Below, one piece after another: positions 51,077 to 63,128 of a stretch of DNA of 64,000 bases (the first letter of the stretch is position 1; each line of letters opens with the position of its first letter). The stretch covers positions 75,516,001 through 75,580,000 of the forward strand of contig NC_043004.1 of NCBI RefSeq assembly GCF_006345805.1. The letters run 5' to 3'. Below the pieces are notes generated by a model that was not told where the DNA came from, did no database searches, and was given only the letters and a program-made list of their open reading frames with translations. The position numbers and the translations under genes are program-made. The DNA is from Octopus sinensis. Lineage: Eukaryota.

Positions 51077-52743
51077 ATTGATGATAATGGATGATGGTGA
51101 TGATGATGGATGATGGTGATGGTGGTGGTGCTGATGATAATGGATGATGGTGATGGTGATGATGATGCAGAGGAGGATGATTGTCAAGGTCTTTAACTTT
51201 CTGCCACTTTCTGCAGACATAAAACAGAATCAAGATGGAAGTAAGGCAACCGTAAGGCATTGATTTAAATTGGAAATTCTCTTTTTCAGATGTTAACGAG
51301 TGTGAACTTTCAAATAACAAATGTCCTCAGCTCTGCAACAACATAAAGGGTTCCTACAAATGCCTGTGCCACGAAGGGTTCCAAGATCCTTTATTACCCA
51401 CTCCCAAATGTAAATACACAAGTAAGTAAATTAACATACCTGTGTGTGTGATTATATGATTATGAGATTGTGGCTTCATGATCCTAAGAATGTGGTTTCG
51501 ATTCCTGGACTGGGCAACGCATTGTGTTCTTGAGCAAGACACTTCATTTTGTGTTGCTCCAGTCAACTCAGCTGGCAAAAGTGAGTTATCTTGCAACAGA
51601 CCAGTGTCCCATCCAGGGGAGAAGTATACACACCATGGGAACTGGGAAACCGACCCTCATGAGTGTATCTGGCTCAGCAAGGATCTTTATCCTGTCTATC
51701 CCATCCACACGGGGACCTTTGTATCCAGTTTTCTGAAGTACATGTCTGGTCATGAGGAAATATTATTTTACTCAGAAACAGATGAGGGTTGGCAACAGGA
51801 AGGACATCCAGCCACAGAAAATTCACCTCAACAAATTCCTGTCCAACCCATGCCAGCAAGGAAAAGTGGGCATTAACCCTTTAGCATTCAGATTAATCTG
51901 TCAAATATAATACTTATTTAGTCACATTGTTTCGAATTAATCCTGCTTTATCTCATAGCTTTGAGATTCTGAGGATATAATTGTTTATTTTCAGAATGAC
52001 ATTGTAGGGTAGGTGTGAGGGGCTGGATTTGGCCAATTTAAATATTTGGGCCAGATACGGCCAGTTAAATGCTAAAGGGTTAAAACGATGATGTTGATGG
52101 TGTTTATGTTGTTTTTTTACAGAGGAAGGCAAAATAAGCATCTTCATGTCTGTGGGTAGCGGCATCCGAAGATTTGATCCCATAATCAAAGAATACATGA
52201 GCACCTTACTCTCCATACAAAAATCGCAGGGTTTAGCGGTCGACATTGAACGGTCAACCCTTTACTGGACAGATATGATCAGCAAAACAGTGATGCGTTC
52301 TTATATTTCTCAAAAATCTGATAATGTTGGAATCCCACAAGACCTGAAGATCAGTAATCTAGACGAACCAAATGGCATTTCCATTGACTGGACATCAGGG
52401 TAAATAACATTATAGCCAACAGCAAAGTATTCTTTTCTTATTCATTATTTCATTATTTCTGCAAAATTTGTTTTTGTGTTTACAAAATAACTCTGTGTAT
52501 GTGTGTGTGTGTGTGTGTGTGTGCATGTGCGTATGTGTGTGTGTGTGTGCATGTGTGTGTGGCACCTTGAGCAAGTGTCTTCTACTTTAGGCCCAGGCTG
52601 ACCAAAGCCTTGAGGTTAGTAAGTAGATTTGCTAAGTGGAAACTGAAAAACTATATATTTATATTTATATATATATATATATATATAAATGTGTGTATGT
52701 GTGTAGGTGCATACGGGTTTGTGTGTGTACATATATGTGTCTA

Positions 52744-52794
<51 letters not shown>

Positions 52795-54416
52795 ATGAAC
52801 TTACGATTTGTTCAAATATGTTTGTGACATATTTTAACTTCTAAAGGCAAATTCAGTGCAGTTTACCATGGAGAAAAAATTCTTCCTTATGGTAAATGGT
52901 GTGAAAACACATCTGCTCGGTGTCTCCTCCTAACAAATTCCTAGATGTGTTTCTGGCACCTTAACCTTCCTCAGAAGGAGATACCAAAGAGAGATAACCC
53001 TGGGCAGATTAGAAAGCCATAGCTTTATCTTAGACCAGCTAAGCACCAGGCCAGAGCAGATACAATAGTAGCAGCACTAAGCAGAAATTAGATTCGTTCA
53101 AAAATATATTTTAACTGACACATTTTCACTTCTAAAGGCAATTTCACTGCAGTTTACCACGGAGAAGAATTCTTAGGCATTAGAGGAATCAGATGTGGTG
53201 CGCAAGACTGTGCTGGTATGGTCATGTGATACATATGGACGAGGACAGCTGTGTAAAGAAGCGTTGTTCTCTAACTGTAGAGGGAACCTGTGGTAGAGGT
53301 AGACCCAGGAAGACATAGGACAAGATGGTGAAGCATGACCTTTGAACTTTGAACCTCACAAAATCAATGACTAGTGACCGAGACCATTGGTGATGTGCTC
53401 TGCTTAAGAGGATCTGTCAAGCTAAGTGCAGCCATGCTGGTGGCACATAAAAAAATCAACTTTTGAATGTTGGGCGTCATAGAGGCAAAGTGGCTGAGTG
53501 CCTTTCAAGTGTTGGGCCTCATGGATGTATAGTGGCTGAGTTCCTTTTGAGTGGGCCTCATGGAGGTGAGGTGGATGAATTCTTTTCAAGTGGTGGGCCT
53601 CATGGGGGCAAAGTGGTCAAGCTCCTTTTGAGTGTTGGGCCTCATGGAAGCAATGACCAAGACCTTTGACATTATGTCATGTTTGAGAAAACCCATCAAG
53701 CGGAGCAAAATCACTGTCATGGTAGATACCAGTGTCATGCAAATCGCACCTGTGCCAGTGGTCCATAAAAGCATCCATTAGAATCTTGGTGGGGTTGGCA
53801 TTAGGAAGGACATCCAGTCATAGAAAACCATGCCAAATCAGACTGGAGCCTGGTGCAGCTTTCCAGAGTGCCAGCCCAGTCAAAGCACCCAACCCATGCC
53901 AACATGGACAATGGGTGTTAAATGATAATGATGATGATGATGGTGATGGTAAAAGGAGTAAGAATGTATTATCTGCTCAGTGTCTTCCCTGGTGAACTCC
54001 TTGGTTAAAATGCAGCAAATTTGCCTTTAGAGGTTAAAATATGTCACAAACGTATTGGAACAAACCTAAAGTTTGTTTATTTCTAATTATTGCCTTGCAC
54101 TCCTACTACTACATATATAAGTATATATGTGTATATATATATATTAATAAATATAAGGGTAGCAAAAAATTCTAGAAAAAATTCTCCGCTACCAGCGGTC
54201 CAGTGAGAAAGAAAAGATAGTCAAAGACTATATAATATACATTCAAAAATATAAGGAATGGCCATAATAGGACATTCGACTCACTAGAAAGAGCAGCCAA
54301 ACTCAAACCGCTAATAGTTGTAATTCTTTCAATTTCAGAATTACAACTATTAGCGGTTTGAGTTTGGCTGCTCTTTCTAGTGAGTCAAATGTCCTATTAT
54401 GGCCATTCCTTATATT

Positions 54417-54459
<43 letters not shown>

Positions 54460-57048
54460 GCTGATACATTGTTAAAACCATCCTGTACACTATAAAGTGG
54501 TTGGCATCAGGAAGGGCATCCAGCCATAGAATCCTTGCCAAAACTGACAATTGGGGCCAGTTGCAGCTTGCCAGCTCCTGTCTATGAACAAAATTCCATT
54601 CTCAAAGCAGCAGTCCATCTGATGCCATGATTGAGGAATAGAAGCCAGGAATACACACAAAAACAATCTTCTTAACTAAATGGTCGTATCTTATTTTAAT
54701 TTGATAAGCAGGTGCCATTTATTCTTTTCTTTGACTTTTATCATTCCTGATAAATTCTCAATAACTTCAGCAGCAATAATGTTAATTTCATATTTTCCTC
54801 TTTTTATAACAGGAATGTTTACTGGACCGACTCCAAAAAGAAAACAATATCTGTGGCGGCTAAAGATGGAAGATACAGATACACTTTAATCAAAACAGAA
54901 CTTCGTAGACCTTATGCTATTGCTGTTAACTCACAGACAGGGTAGGCATTTTCATTCAAGAGACACATTATTGATCACTCATTATATTCTTGAGGTATTT
55001 TCACCTGCCTTGTTTTGAAGCCATAACGAAACACCAACCTCAAAGACAACACTAATTTTGACTGGAATATTTGCAAACATAAAGATTTTCTCTTTCTTTT
55101 TTTTCATATATCAATGATTTCACATATTTCATCAGAATGTTTTGTCATTGGCTTAGTGACATACGGATCATGTTGATCAGTTATAGCAAACATATTTTAT
55201 TTTGCTTTTACAGATGGTGGGGTTGGTTGTGACCCTTATGTTACCATTGGTGGTTGGGTTGTAATTGTTGAGTTAGTGAACAAACATGTATTTTATTGGT
55301 TGTGTGAATAATTGGAAGCAAAATCCATGAACATTTGACTGAAACATTTATTGTTGCACATAAAGACGATTGTGATTGGACAGTCATCAGGTGAAGGGGA
55401 TGCTCTGAGAATGAAGCTGCCAGAACAAGACTCGGCTGGGCAAAGTCCAGGGAGCTTCTACCTTTGTTGGTAACGAAGGGCCTCTCCTGCAGAGTGAAAG
55501 GCAGATTTTATGGTACTTATGTGCGAACAGCCATGCTACATGTCTGTGAAACATGGGCTGTGACTGCATGGGCCGGCAAAGCTTGAAAGAAATGAAGCTG
55601 GTGTGTTTCACTGGATGTGCAATGTCAGTGTGCATGTACGACAGAGTGTTTCTCAGGAGAAAAACTGGGTAGAAGAGGCACCAGATGTATAAGAGGCACC
55701 AGATGTACAAGAGGCACCAGATGTACAAGAGGCACCAGATGTACAAGTGGCACTAGATGTACAAGTGGCACTAGATGTACAAGAGGCACCAGATGTACAA
55801 GAGGCACCAGATGTATAAGAGGCACCAGATGTACAAGAGGCACCAGATGTACAAGTGGCACCAGATGTACAAGAGGTACCAGATGTATAAGAGGCACCAG
55901 ATATATAGGAGGCACCAAATGTAGTGTGCAACAGAGGAGAGTGCACTGGTATGGACATGTGATGCTTATGAATGAGGGCAGCTGCATAAAGAAGTGCCAA
56001 TCACTAACTGTGCAGGGAACCAGAAGAAGCAGTAGACCCAGGAAGATGTGGAACGAGGTGATGAAATATGATCTTTGGATGTTGTGTCTCACAGACGTGA
56101 CGACAAGTGACAACATTTTGGCCATGTAGCATTTATAGTGTCTTGCCATGAAACTTGTCTTTGTTGCCATTTTCAACATTTAGAGAATGTTCAAACATTT
56201 ATGGAATGGCACTTGTGACACTCAAACATTTAGGGGATGGCACTTCAAACATTTAGAAAATGGCACTCGTAAAACTCAAACTGTTGTCACTAGAAAATTT
56301 GATGCGTTTTTATTCGTCTGCACACGCTTTGTTGCAAGTACAATGTAAGATACATGTGTTTTTTTTTTCAGTAGATGTTTAACCATCAGGCAGACTGACA
56401 GACTGACAGACTGACAGACTGACATACTGACAGACTGCTGAGCAGGGGTCAGTACTCTCAGTGATAAACATTTCAGAAACTGGGATAAGCTCTAACTGAT
56501 GAGTTTAAGGGTTTTAACTTTTAAAGCTTTTGCATAAACATATACAGACGTGGCTATGTGGTTAAGCAATTTGCACCCCCATACAACATGGTTTGGAGTT
56601 CAGTCCCATTGCATAGCACCTTGGGCAAATGTCTTCTACAATAGCCCTAGGCCAACCACAGCCTTGTGAGTGGATTTGATTAGACTGAGACTGAAAGAAA
56701 TCTGTTATATTGCAAGTTACTAGGTGGCGCTGTCAATGCAGGTACCACTTAAAAAAGCATCCCATCCACACTGTAAAGTGGTTGGCATTTGGAAGGGATT
56801 CCAGCTGTAAAAACCTTGCCAAAACTGACCTCACCTGTGCTTGTGCCACGTAAAAAGCACCCAGTCCACTCTACAGGGTGGTCGGGGTTAGGAAGGGCAT
56901 CCAGCTGTAAAAGTTCTGCCAAAACAGACACAGAAGTCTGGTGCAGGCTTCTACTTGGTTGGCTCCTGTCAAACCATCCCACCCATGCCAGTATGGAAGG
57001 CAGACATTAAATGATAATGATGATGATGATGAGGATGATGATGATGAT

Positions 57049-57104
<56 letters not shown>

Positions 57105-59121
57105 GATATATATGTATATATATACAGAAAGAGAGAGAGAAAGAGGGTTCATGGCCTGGTGGCCTAGTAATTAAGGTATTGCACTCACAGTCACACCATC
57201 ATGGGTTCAGTTCCTATTGTGTTCTTGACCAAAAGACGTCATTTCACTATTTTACGTTGCTCTGCAATCACTTCATTGTCTGACATTGTACACCTGTCCA
57301 GGCACACTTACACACCTGTACAAGCACACTTGCGCACTTGTACAAGCAATGTCGATTCGATAGAGGGAGGGAGTTAAAGTACAGCTTATATATGTTTGAT
57401 CCCTATAAACAAATCATCTGCAAATTCCACTGTGCCACTAACCGGGTGTATTTAAGGGGTGTGAATCAACTTGCTTTGTACTTTCTTGGGAAACCCCAGC
57501 ATTTCTAGGGATTTTCTGTTGTTATGTAACCCAAAGCAAGGAGGACAATAGGTAAAAACAAAAGTTCCTCACCTGAATTTAGTAGTTGCATATTTTCCAT
57601 TAGTTCTCCATCAATGCTCCTAACTCCCCCAATATTTGATGAAATATTCATATGCACTGATCAGTTGATCTCTTCATCATGGCATCATTTTTGCTTCCCA
57701 TGGATTATAATTGTATGTGACCCATTAGGGTTATGCCAGGTTGCTGTTTTCCTTCGAATGCTCCACCAGTATTCTTTATTTTCATGCATGTGTGTATGCT
57801 TCTTCCTCTTCCTTCTCTCTCTCCCGTCATCATCATAACTTTTATGCTTGTTTCCCATGCACTTTTTCAGCTGGATGTACTGGACAGATATAAACAGTTA
57901 CAACCCAAAGATAGAAAGGTCTTGGATGACTGGTGAGAGAAGACAGGTTCTAGTGAACAAAGAACTGGCACGACCAAGTGGAATTGCCATCGATTACTTC
58001 ATGAACAATCGTGTGTTCTGGTCTGATTCCAAATTCAACAGAATCCTGTCAATGAAACCGGATGGCACCGACCAAGTGGTTGTTATTGGAAATGGTATCA
58101 GATTTATTTATTTTTGCTTATGAAGGGGCAAGGGATAGGGGCAGTGGTTGGGAAGCAAGCTTCTTACCACACAGCCACAAATAAATCTTTTTTCATAGAG
58201 TAAATCAATTTTGTTTCCTATACAATGATGTATGTACACTATTTGAAGGTATAAAAAATGCATGGGTACATTTGATGGGTACCCTAATTTCAGCAGTGCA
58301 TATTCAGGTAAAGAAGGTTTTAGTGCATTAAAACTTATGCGTGATCTAACTTGGGTTCAATGGGGATATTTTTTGAGACAAATTTTTTGGGGAAAAAGGT
58401 GTATCTTGCATGGCATCAAATACAGTGTGTACATATTCTCTTTATTCTTTATTTGTTTCAGACATTTGACTGTGGCCATGCTGGAGCACTGCCTTTAGTC
58501 GAGCAAATCAACCCCAGGACTAATTCTTTGTAAGCCTAGTACTTAGTGGTTCAGCAAAAGAGGCCGATAGAATAAGTTATGCAGACATAAACATACCAGC
58601 ATATATATATGATACATTGTTTTTCCACCCTCCTTTGTTTTCTTTCCTCGTTTGTTTCTGAAGAAGAGCACAGGTTCAAAACATCAAAGATTATTCCATT
58701 TTTCTTGAGCATCAAACATATACCCGTTGTCATTTCAGCAATTAACCCAGTGAGTATTGACCTGTATGAAAGTGAAATATACTGGGTGTCCCAAAATGAA
58801 GGCAAACTGATGCAAATGGATAAATTTGGACGAGGTATAAATGTTACTCTGAGAGACCAACTCTTTTCTCCAAGCAGTGTAATTGCATTCCCACCATACA
58901 AGTATCCAAAAGGTAAGTGATCTCTCTTTCTATCTTATTCCATCTCTCTCCCTCCTCCCTCCCTCCCTCCCTCTCTCCCTCCTCTTCTCTCTTCCTCTCT
59001 CTCTCTCCTCCATCTCTCTGAATTTCTCTGTTTCATTGTGTATGTCTGTATATTGGATTTTTTTTATTCATTGCCTGTCACCAAGCCTAACATGTACACT
59101 CATCTTGAACTCCTTATGCTG

Positions 59122-59161
<40 letters not shown>

Positions 59162-59332
59162 CCTCCCTCCTTCCCTGTTCTCTCCCTTCCATTCTCTCTT
59201 CCTCCATCTTCCCTGAATTTCTCTCTTTCACTGTCTATGTATGCATAGTGGGTTTTTTTATTCATTGCCTGTCACCAAGCCTAGCATGCATGCTCATCTT
59301 GAACTCCTCATGCTGACTCTCTCCCTCTCCCT

Positions 59333-59390
<58 letters not shown>

Positions 59391-60265
59391 TGTTCTTCTT
59401 TCTATACAATGTAATGCAAGTCAGAAGGAATCACTCAACCAACCAACATTTATTTATATATAAATCAGCTTCTAGTTACATACAGACGTTTGTTATTTTG
59501 TGTTTGTTTTGTGTAGTCACAAGCGAATGTGCTTCAGAAAAGACATGCAGCCACCTCTGCCTCCTGATTCCAAAGGGTTATCGGTGCGCATGTCCTGATG
59601 GCTCCAAGTTTATTGAAGGGTCCACTACAATGTGTGATGCAGGTAAGAATAGCATTTTTGTGATTAAGCTAATTTTTTTAATTATAATTAATATTGAATA
59701 AATTAATATTAAAAAATAATTAATATTTATAATCATTAGTATTAAATGATGCATAATTAGTGATATGGATTAATTGGAACCATATAGGAAACCTTTGTAT
59801 TAATAGGGCCCTGAAATTAATCAGGTAAATTATCGATAGTTATATAGGTGTGCGGAAGTAGCTGTATAGTAACAATTTTACTCCCCAACTTCACGGTTCC
59901 GGGTTCAGTCCCACTGTGTGGCACCTCTGGAATGCATCTCCTACTCTACCCTCAGGCCAACTAAAGCCTTCTCGTTGCATTTGGTAGATGGAATCTGGAA
60001 GAAGCCCTCCGTGTGTTTGTGTGTGCGTGTGTTCATGTCTTTGTGTCTGTGTTTGTCCTTCACCACCACTTGACAACTGGTGTTGGTTTGTTTATATATC
60101 CTCCATAACAGAGGCTAATAGAATGAATGCCGGGTTTTTTGAAATGTAAGTACTAGGCTCAATTCATTGAAATAAAATCATTCAAGGTGGTGCCCCAGCA
60201 TGGCCACAGTCTAATGACTGAATCTAGTAAAAGACAAACAACAAAAGATATTTAATTAGTTATAC

Positions 60266-60305
<40 letters not shown>

Positions 60306-61021
60306 TTATTTTAAGATAGTGTACATTAAACACAAAAGAAAACTTTTAAAAACAAAAGAAATGTAATTTTTACATGCTAGAAGAAGCTGCCAAAACAGCC
60401 AAAATCACGATTTAATAGCAATTTTCGAAGGAAATGAAAAATAAAAACTTTTACCTTGTTATTTTTATTTGCGGTTATACCATGGTTTCAAATTTCTTTA
60501 CAAATAAGATTATCTGCCACCCTTTAATACGTAATTTAGCAGACAAGATTATCTGTCAGGCGAATTCTCATCAGTAACCGGCCTCAATAACTAACTTATA
60601 ATTCAGAGACAAAATAACACGTGTCCCATCATTACATGTTATAATTTTCCAAACTTCTGTGCGCAAGCGGAGTTTCAGTCGGCAATAAGCATATAATGCT
60701 GAGTTCGGCATTATTTGTTTATTGCCGACTGAAAAGAGATTAGAGTTGTGGAGGAGCAGGGGTAGGTGTCCTGCAGTAAATAAATAAATGTGATATTAAA
60801 AGTTCTTCAGCTGTTGATCTTTCTCATGACATCTCAAGATTTAGCTTATCTTCTGTATTTCCTTTCTTACAACCCTCATTAGCATTTGAAGTGCCCCGGA
60901 AATTGCCCATGTGTATTTGTTACCATGGTGGTTCTTGTATTCGAGGAAGCAATGGAACTTACATCTGCCACTGCAAGGAAGGTAAGAATTATTGCTGACA
61001 AAATACTTCATGTACACACAT

Positions 61022-61083
<62 letters not shown>

Positions 61084-61430
61084 CACATACATACACTCAC
61101 ACACGTCACACAATACACAAACACACACACACACACATACATAATCACACACAATCACTTAAACATACAACACAAAAATACATACAATTACACACACACA
61201 CATAGTTACACATCACATACATACAGTCATACACATGTACACAATCAATTATACATAACCACACAATCACATAAACAAACACACACACACACACAAAACA
61301 CACACATGCTGAATATTTCACTCGGCAACCCCAGTATCCAAGGACGCAGCTCCCAAAGCAGAATATGGCTAACTTGATACTCTCTCTCTCTCTCTCTCTC
61401 TCTCTACCTCTCTCTCTCTCTACCTCTCTC

Positions 61431-61484
<54 letters not shown>

Positions 61485-61735
61485 GTGCCACAGCAAGTGC
61501 ATAAAGAATACGATTACATGGAATTCAGAGATGATGGACAATCACTGAAAGACCCACCATATTTGATTGCATAGGCACAGGTATGGCTGTATGGTTAAGA
61601 AGCTTGCTTCCTAACCACATGGTTTCAGGTTCAGTCCCACTGCATGGCAACTTGGGCAAATGTCTTCTCCTATTGCCTTGGGCTGACCAAAGCCTTATCA
61701 GTAGATTTGGTAGACAGAAACTGAAGGAATCCCAT

Positions 61736-61772
<37 letters not shown>

Positions 61773-62202
61773 ACGTGTTTGTCCCCACCACTGCTTGATG
61801 ATTTATGTTGGTTTGTTTACATCCCCATAACTTAGCAGTTCAGCAAAGGGTTCATTAGAAGAAGTATCAGGCTTTAAAAAAAGGATTATATTTTGGAGTT
61901 GATTCATTCAACTAAAATTCTCCAAGGTGGTGCCCCAGCATGGCCTCAATCTATTTCTGGGATATTCCATCATCAGAGACAAATAGGGAAAATGAGAAGG
62001 GTATAGATTAATGAAATGATGACAAAGAAGACATGAGTAAAGGAATAAGGAGATGAAGAGAGAGAAGAAAAAAGAAGCATAAAAGTTCGCAGTTTAACTT
62101 TCCGATGTTGTAGAAATAAGTCCATAAGTACAATCCTGCATAGATCCATGTGGGTACATATTTGCTTAGATCACCTGTGAACTAACCCCCATACTTTGTA
62201 TG

Positions 62203-62237
<35 letters not shown>

Positions 62238-63075
62238 TGTGTGTGTGTGTGTGCATACCCAAAGCAGCATGGAAGCTGGATGTTAGAAGACGACGACGAT
62301 GATATATATATATATATAATTTAATAAATAAAATATATGCATACATACATACATATATGTATGTACCTACATCTACATGTATATATACATGTAGATATAT
62401 ATATCTAATGTAGGATAATTTTTTTTTTCTTTTTCGAAAAAATTTTTATCAATGGCCATATTAAAAAATACCTTTAAAGGCTAAATTTATATAATTCATA
62501 AATAAGGGCAAACGAAAAAGTTCCTAATGCCAAATATGCCGGCATATTTGGCATTAGGAAGTTTTTTTGTTTGCCCTTATTTATGAATTATATATATATA
62601 TATATATATATTTCTTTTTCTTAATGAATATATTTTATTTTCAAGGCTATTATGGTGTGGATTGTTCGCTTATGACTTCCAGGGCCTCTTGAGTGCCCTC
62701 AGGTCTACCAGTAAGTATTTGCTATTATAATTCTTAACGAAGCTTCTTAATTAAAATAAATGATGCAAGCATAACGCATGACATTGTGGCTGAGTGATTC
62801 ACTTCACAACCATGTGGTTTTGAGTTCAATCTCACTGCACAGCACACGCAAGTTGTAAAGGGAATTTAATAGATGGAAGCTATATGGAAGCTTATTTTGT
62901 GTGGTGTGTGTGCGTACAGGTGCTCATATTTATAGACACACACTGCTTTCTACTGAGAAACTTGTTCCCAACCATTTGGTATCAGGTTCAGTCCTACTTC
63001 ATAGTACCTAGTTTTCTACTGTAGTTCTGGGCCGACCAAAGCCTTATGGGCGAATTTGGTTGAAAGAAGCCCACC

Positions 63076-63128
<53 letters not shown>

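Noticed and set aside
55673-55924. CRISPR-like regular array
   Set aside because: Units are contiguous with no unique spacers; eukaryotic intron; derived from LINE sequence
60377-60406. Hammerhead-like CTAGAAGA-GCTG..CAGC-CAAAATC
   Set aside because: Both conserved core segments are disrupted; too degenerate to call
61498-61574. Possible alternative terminal LRP2 exon ([25 protein letters not shown]) after a (CT)n tract
   Set aside because: It is phase-compatible only via the second AG, would leave the EGF without its sixth Cys, and has no homology support
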